A stretch of DNA of 25,088 nucleotides from an uncultured archaeon. Its GTDB lineage: Archaea; Iainarchaeota; Iainarchaeia; Iainarchaeales; CSSED10-239. Position numbers and translations under genes: made by a program. The stretch spans positions 1-25,088 of the forward strand of contig CAZCAP010000012.1 of NCBI GenBank assembly GCA_964496765.1. Reading direction: 5' to 3'. The number at the start of each line of letters is the position of its first letter. Position 1 is the first letter of the stretch. The notes under the pieces are model-generated. The model saw only the letters and a list, made by a program, of their open reading frames with translations. It had not been told where the DNA came from and ran no database searches. Below are positions 22,611 to 25,088 of the stretch, one piece after another.

Positions 22611-25088
22611 ATGAAGTTTATTAGATTCTTTAATAAAATCAGAAAGGAAGATGTAAGCCTTGCTGGTGGTAAGGGAGCTTCACTAGGAGAGATGTATAAC
22701 TCAAGTATCCCTGTTCCAAATGGATTTGTTATTCTTTCATCTACCTTTGATAGGTTCATAAGAGAAACAAAGCTTGATACGGAAATTTCTCTAATTCTAA
22801 AGAAAGTAAATCTAGACCATACAAAAACAATTAATCTTGCTTCAAAGAAGATTCAAACTCTTATTTTAGCAAAGGATCTTCCAAAGGACCTTACAAAAGA
22901 AATACTTTCTTCTTTTAAAAAACTAAATACAAAGTTTGTTGCTGTTAGATCAAGTGCAACAAGTGAGGATTCTAAGGATGCTGCCTGGGCTGGTCAACTT
23001 AATACTTATTTAAACACAACAAATAAGAATCTTTTAATAAATATAAAAAACTGTTGGGCATCTTTATTCACAGAGAGAGCTATATTTTATAGGTTTGAAA
23101 AAAAACTAGAAACAAAGCACATATCTGTTGCTGTTGTTATTCAAAGGATGGTAGAATCAGAAAAATCAGGAATTGCATTTTCTGTTCATCCAGTAACAGA
23201 GGATCCCAATCAATTAATAATTGAAGCTGGATTTGGATTAGGGGAAGCAATTGTTTCTGGTCAAGTAACTCCAAACTCCTATGTGGTTACAAAGAAACCA
23301 CATAAAATCATGGACAAGAACATAAGTGAACAAAAAAGAGAGCTAGTGAGATCAAAAGGGAAGGATGCTGGGGGAATAATTTGGAAGGACATCCCAGCAG
23401 TGAGAGCAAATTCTCAAGTTTTAACAGATAAGGAGATATTAGAGCTTTCAACTTTAGTCCAAAAGATAGAAGATCATTATAATTTCCCAGTAGATGTAGA
23501 GTGGGCAATAGAAAAGAACAAGATATATATCACTCAAAGCAGACCAATAACAACCTTGAAAGAAAAAAAAGAAGAAAAGCCTATATTTGAACTTGAATTT
23601 CAGAGAGAAACTCCAATCTTTATGTTTGATATTTGGTTATATTCATATCTTAATGTTTGTAAGAATATATTTAAATGGAAAAGAGATATAACTAAAACCA
23701 ATGGTGTTTATAAAGATGGTATTGTTAGTGGATACACTATAGTAAACAATATTGAGCTAATGAAAGAAAGTATAAATAAAATAGATATTAATAAATTAAA
23801 CGAATTATTAACTGACTATTCATCAAATTATTTATTATTAATTAAAAATAAAAAAAAGGTTTATCATAATAAATTTATTATTGATTTGTTTTCTGGTTTT
23901 ATTATTAATTTTATTTTAGGCGATCTTAATTCTAATAAATTGTGCCCAGTTGCATTAAAACTAAGAAAAGAAACAGAAAATCTATTTCCTTTAGTTCAAA
24001 AAGAATTGCATAATAAGGTTAAACACGATAACTATAGATATACTGAGATTATTGATAATAAAAAAATATCTTTGGTTGTATTAAATAAAAGAAATAATTG
24101 TATAGTCTATGAAACAAAAATTATTTTTAAAAAGGAAAATAAGATAAAATTACATAAAGAACATTCAAGAGAATATTCTTTTTCTAAAATGTATTCTTTG
24201 TATAGGAGTTTTTCATATTATTTTACAAAGATTAAGTTGATTAAACGAGATTTAAAATATACTTCTTTTATTTATTATGGAAAAGATCTAATTAACGTAT
24301 ATTATGATAACAATGAGTTATTAGCTGTTTTTAAAGAGATTGAAGTAAATGCAAATAATAATCCAAAGTTAGTTGATGAAAGTGTTAATAACTTGTTAAG
24401 GACCTTTAATATTTGTCTTCCTTATTTTAAAGGAAAAAAACTCACTTCTATTAAAGAATATAAGAAAGTTGTTGATAGCTTTGGAGAATGCTGGGCAGAA
24501 ATCGCAGTTGTATTTGTTTTACCAGAAGACAATTTAAATGTGTCTAAAGCAATTAAAGAGAAAGCTTTATCTTTAAGAGAAAAAACACAGGAATATAATG
24601 AAGCACTAGAACCTATTTTTAAAGAGTTTATTGAAACCAATTTTCCTTATTTAAAAGAAAAATATAGGTTTATTCTCCCTGAGGAGATTATAAATGGAGA
24701 TGTAAAAAATAAACCATTAATGTTAAAAAGAATAAAAGAGAGACAGAAAGGTTTTGTTTATTATCAGGGAAAGATATATACTGGAAATGTAGATAAAACG
24801 TTAGATAAATTAAATCTATATTTAGAAAAGCAAGATACAAAAGTAAAAGAATTAAAAGGACAGATTGCGTATAAAGGTAAAACAGAAGGGAGAGTTAGAG
24901 TAATTACTTCCCAAAAGCAAATATTGGATTTTAAAGAAGGAGAGATAATGGTTACAGCAATGACTATGCCTACTTATCTCCCTGCAATGAAGAAGGCCTC
25001 TGCTTTTGTAACAGATGAAGGTGGAATCACTTCACATGCAGCAATAATTGCAAGAGAGCTAAAGAAACCATGTGTAATTGGAACAAAG
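22611..25088 (+). CDS. PEP synthase/PPDK-family phosphotransferase, 3'-truncated by the window: N-terminal ATP-grasp (PPDK_N) domain, ~430-aa unknown central region, C-terminal phosphohistidine swivel domain. The architecture resembles that of rifampin phosphotransferases.
   Basis: Absent from the ORF track because there is no stop before the window end. I translated frame 3 by hand from ATG 22611 to 25088 (826 codons) and found no stops. N-terminus: DVSLAGGKGASLGEM...IPVPNGFV...FVAVRSSATSEDSKDAAWAGQ...NCWASLFTERAIFYR...VAVVIQRMVESEKSGIAFSVHP...EAGFGLGEAIVSGQVTP...VDVEWAIEKNKIYITQSRPIT (aa 1-315). C-terminus: KGQIAYKGKTEGRVRVI...FKEGEIMVTAMTMPTYLPAMKKASAFVTDEGGITSHAAIIARELKKPCVIG. The phospho-His codon is at 25035-25037 (aa 809). 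Confidence 0.85.
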   Translation, partial: MKFIRFFNKIRKEDVSLAGGKGASLGEMYNSSIPVPNGFVILSSTFDRFIRETKLDTEISLILKKVNLDHTKTINLASKKIQTLILAKDLPKDLTKEILSSFKKLNTKFVAVRSSATSEDSKDAAWAGQLNTYLNTTNKNLLINIKNCWASLFTERAIFYRFEKKLETKHISVAVVIQRMVESEKSGIAFSVHPVTEDPNQLIIEAGFGLGEAIVSGQVTPNSYVVTKKPHKIMDKNISEQKRELVRSKGKDAGGIIWKDIPAVRANSQVLTDKEILELSTLVQKIEDHYNFPVDVEWAIEKNKIYITQSRPITTLKEKKEEKPIFELEFQRETPIFMFDIWLYSYLNVCKNIFKWKRDITKTNGVYKDGIVSGYTIVNNIELMKESINKIDINKLNELLTDYSSNYLLLIKNKKKVYHNKFIIDLFSGFIINFILGDLNSNKLCPVALKLRKETENLFPLVQKELHNKVKHDNYRYTEIIDNKKISLVVLNKRNNCIVYETKIIFKKENKIKLHKEHSREYSFSKMYSLYRSFSYYFTKIKLIKRDLKYTSFIYYGKDLINVYYDNNELLAVFKEIEVNANNNPKLVDESVNNLLRTFNICLPYFKGKKLTSIKEYKKVVDSFGECWAEIAVVFVLPEDNLNVSKAIKEKALSLREKTQEYNEALEPIFKEFIETNFPYLKEKYRFILPEEIINGDVKNKPLMLKRIKERQKGFVYYQGKIYTGNVDKTLDKLNLYLEKQDTKVKELKGQIAYKGKTEGRVRVITSQKQILDFKEGEIMVTAMTMPTYLPAMKKASAFVTDEGGITSHAAIIARELKKPCVIGTK

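Noticed and set aside
22611-25088. Annotating the edge-truncated ORF simply as phosphoenolpyruvate synthase (ppsA).
   Set aside because: The phosphohistidine swivel domain is at aa ~750-826 rather than ~390-470. The ~430 aa in between show none of the PpsA/PPDK linker or TIM-barrel motifs, so the domain order does not fit a bona fide PpsA.
1-25088. CRISPR arrays, transposases or IS elements, and rRNA genes.
   Set aside because: I saw no regularly spaced direct repeats of 24-40 nt, no terminal inverted repeats flanking an ORF, and no transposase- or integrase-like translations. The only GC-rich structured-RNA-like segment is the tRNA.

Overview
Strongly AT-rich archaeal chromosome segment. 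All genes but one are on the + strand, and most are housekeeping. The archaeal assignment rests on split RNA polymerase subunits (A'/A'' and B''/B'), rpoH, L30e, archaeal-type S12/S7, an archaeal-type ProRS and an ATP-dependent DNA ligase. A split B subunit is typical of methanogen/halophile-type Euryarchaeota and many DPANN lineages; I cannot place the organism more precisely from the sequence alone. All three stop codons terminate genes here, so the genetic code is standard.

Gene order, left to right:
- a membrane-anchored two-HKD phospholipase D/Nuc-like protein, translationally coupled to an unknown 180-aa ORF
- tRNA-Pro(UGG)
- two unknown basic ORFs
- proS
- a compact late pyrimidine block, pyrD-pyrE-pyrC-pyrF, in which pyrD carries one in-frame TAA
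- a two-gene PIN-like (DUF3368-type) / RHH+UPF0175 toxin-antitoxin-like module with an operator-like repeat array upstream
- ATP-dependent DNA ligase
- a convergent KaiC-like ATPase (the only minus-strand gene)
- a 377-bp AT-rich spacer
- the RNA polymerase/ribosomal cluster: rpoH-rpoB''-rpoB'-rpoA'-rpoA''-(89-aa unknown)-rpl30e-(81-aa unknown)-rps12-rps7
- a hairpin terminator
- an orphan 166-aa ORF
- a long ORF missing from the supplied ORF track because it runs off the 3' edge. It encodes a PEP-synthase/PPDK-type ATP-grasp domain and a phosphohistidine swivel domain, separated by about 430 aa of unrecognisable sequence, an architecture like that of rifampin phosphotransferases.

I do not see a clear-cut new multi-gene system. 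The best candidates for follow-up are:
- the rifampin-phosphotransferase-like enzyme with its unknown central domain
- the two small basic ORFs embedded in the RNAP/ribosomal operon, one of which sits in the slot normally held by nusA
- the atypically organised toxin-antitoxin module
- the PLD nuclease plus its coupled ORF
- the single nonsense codon in pyrD

All family assignments come from motif recognition by eye. No database search was run.
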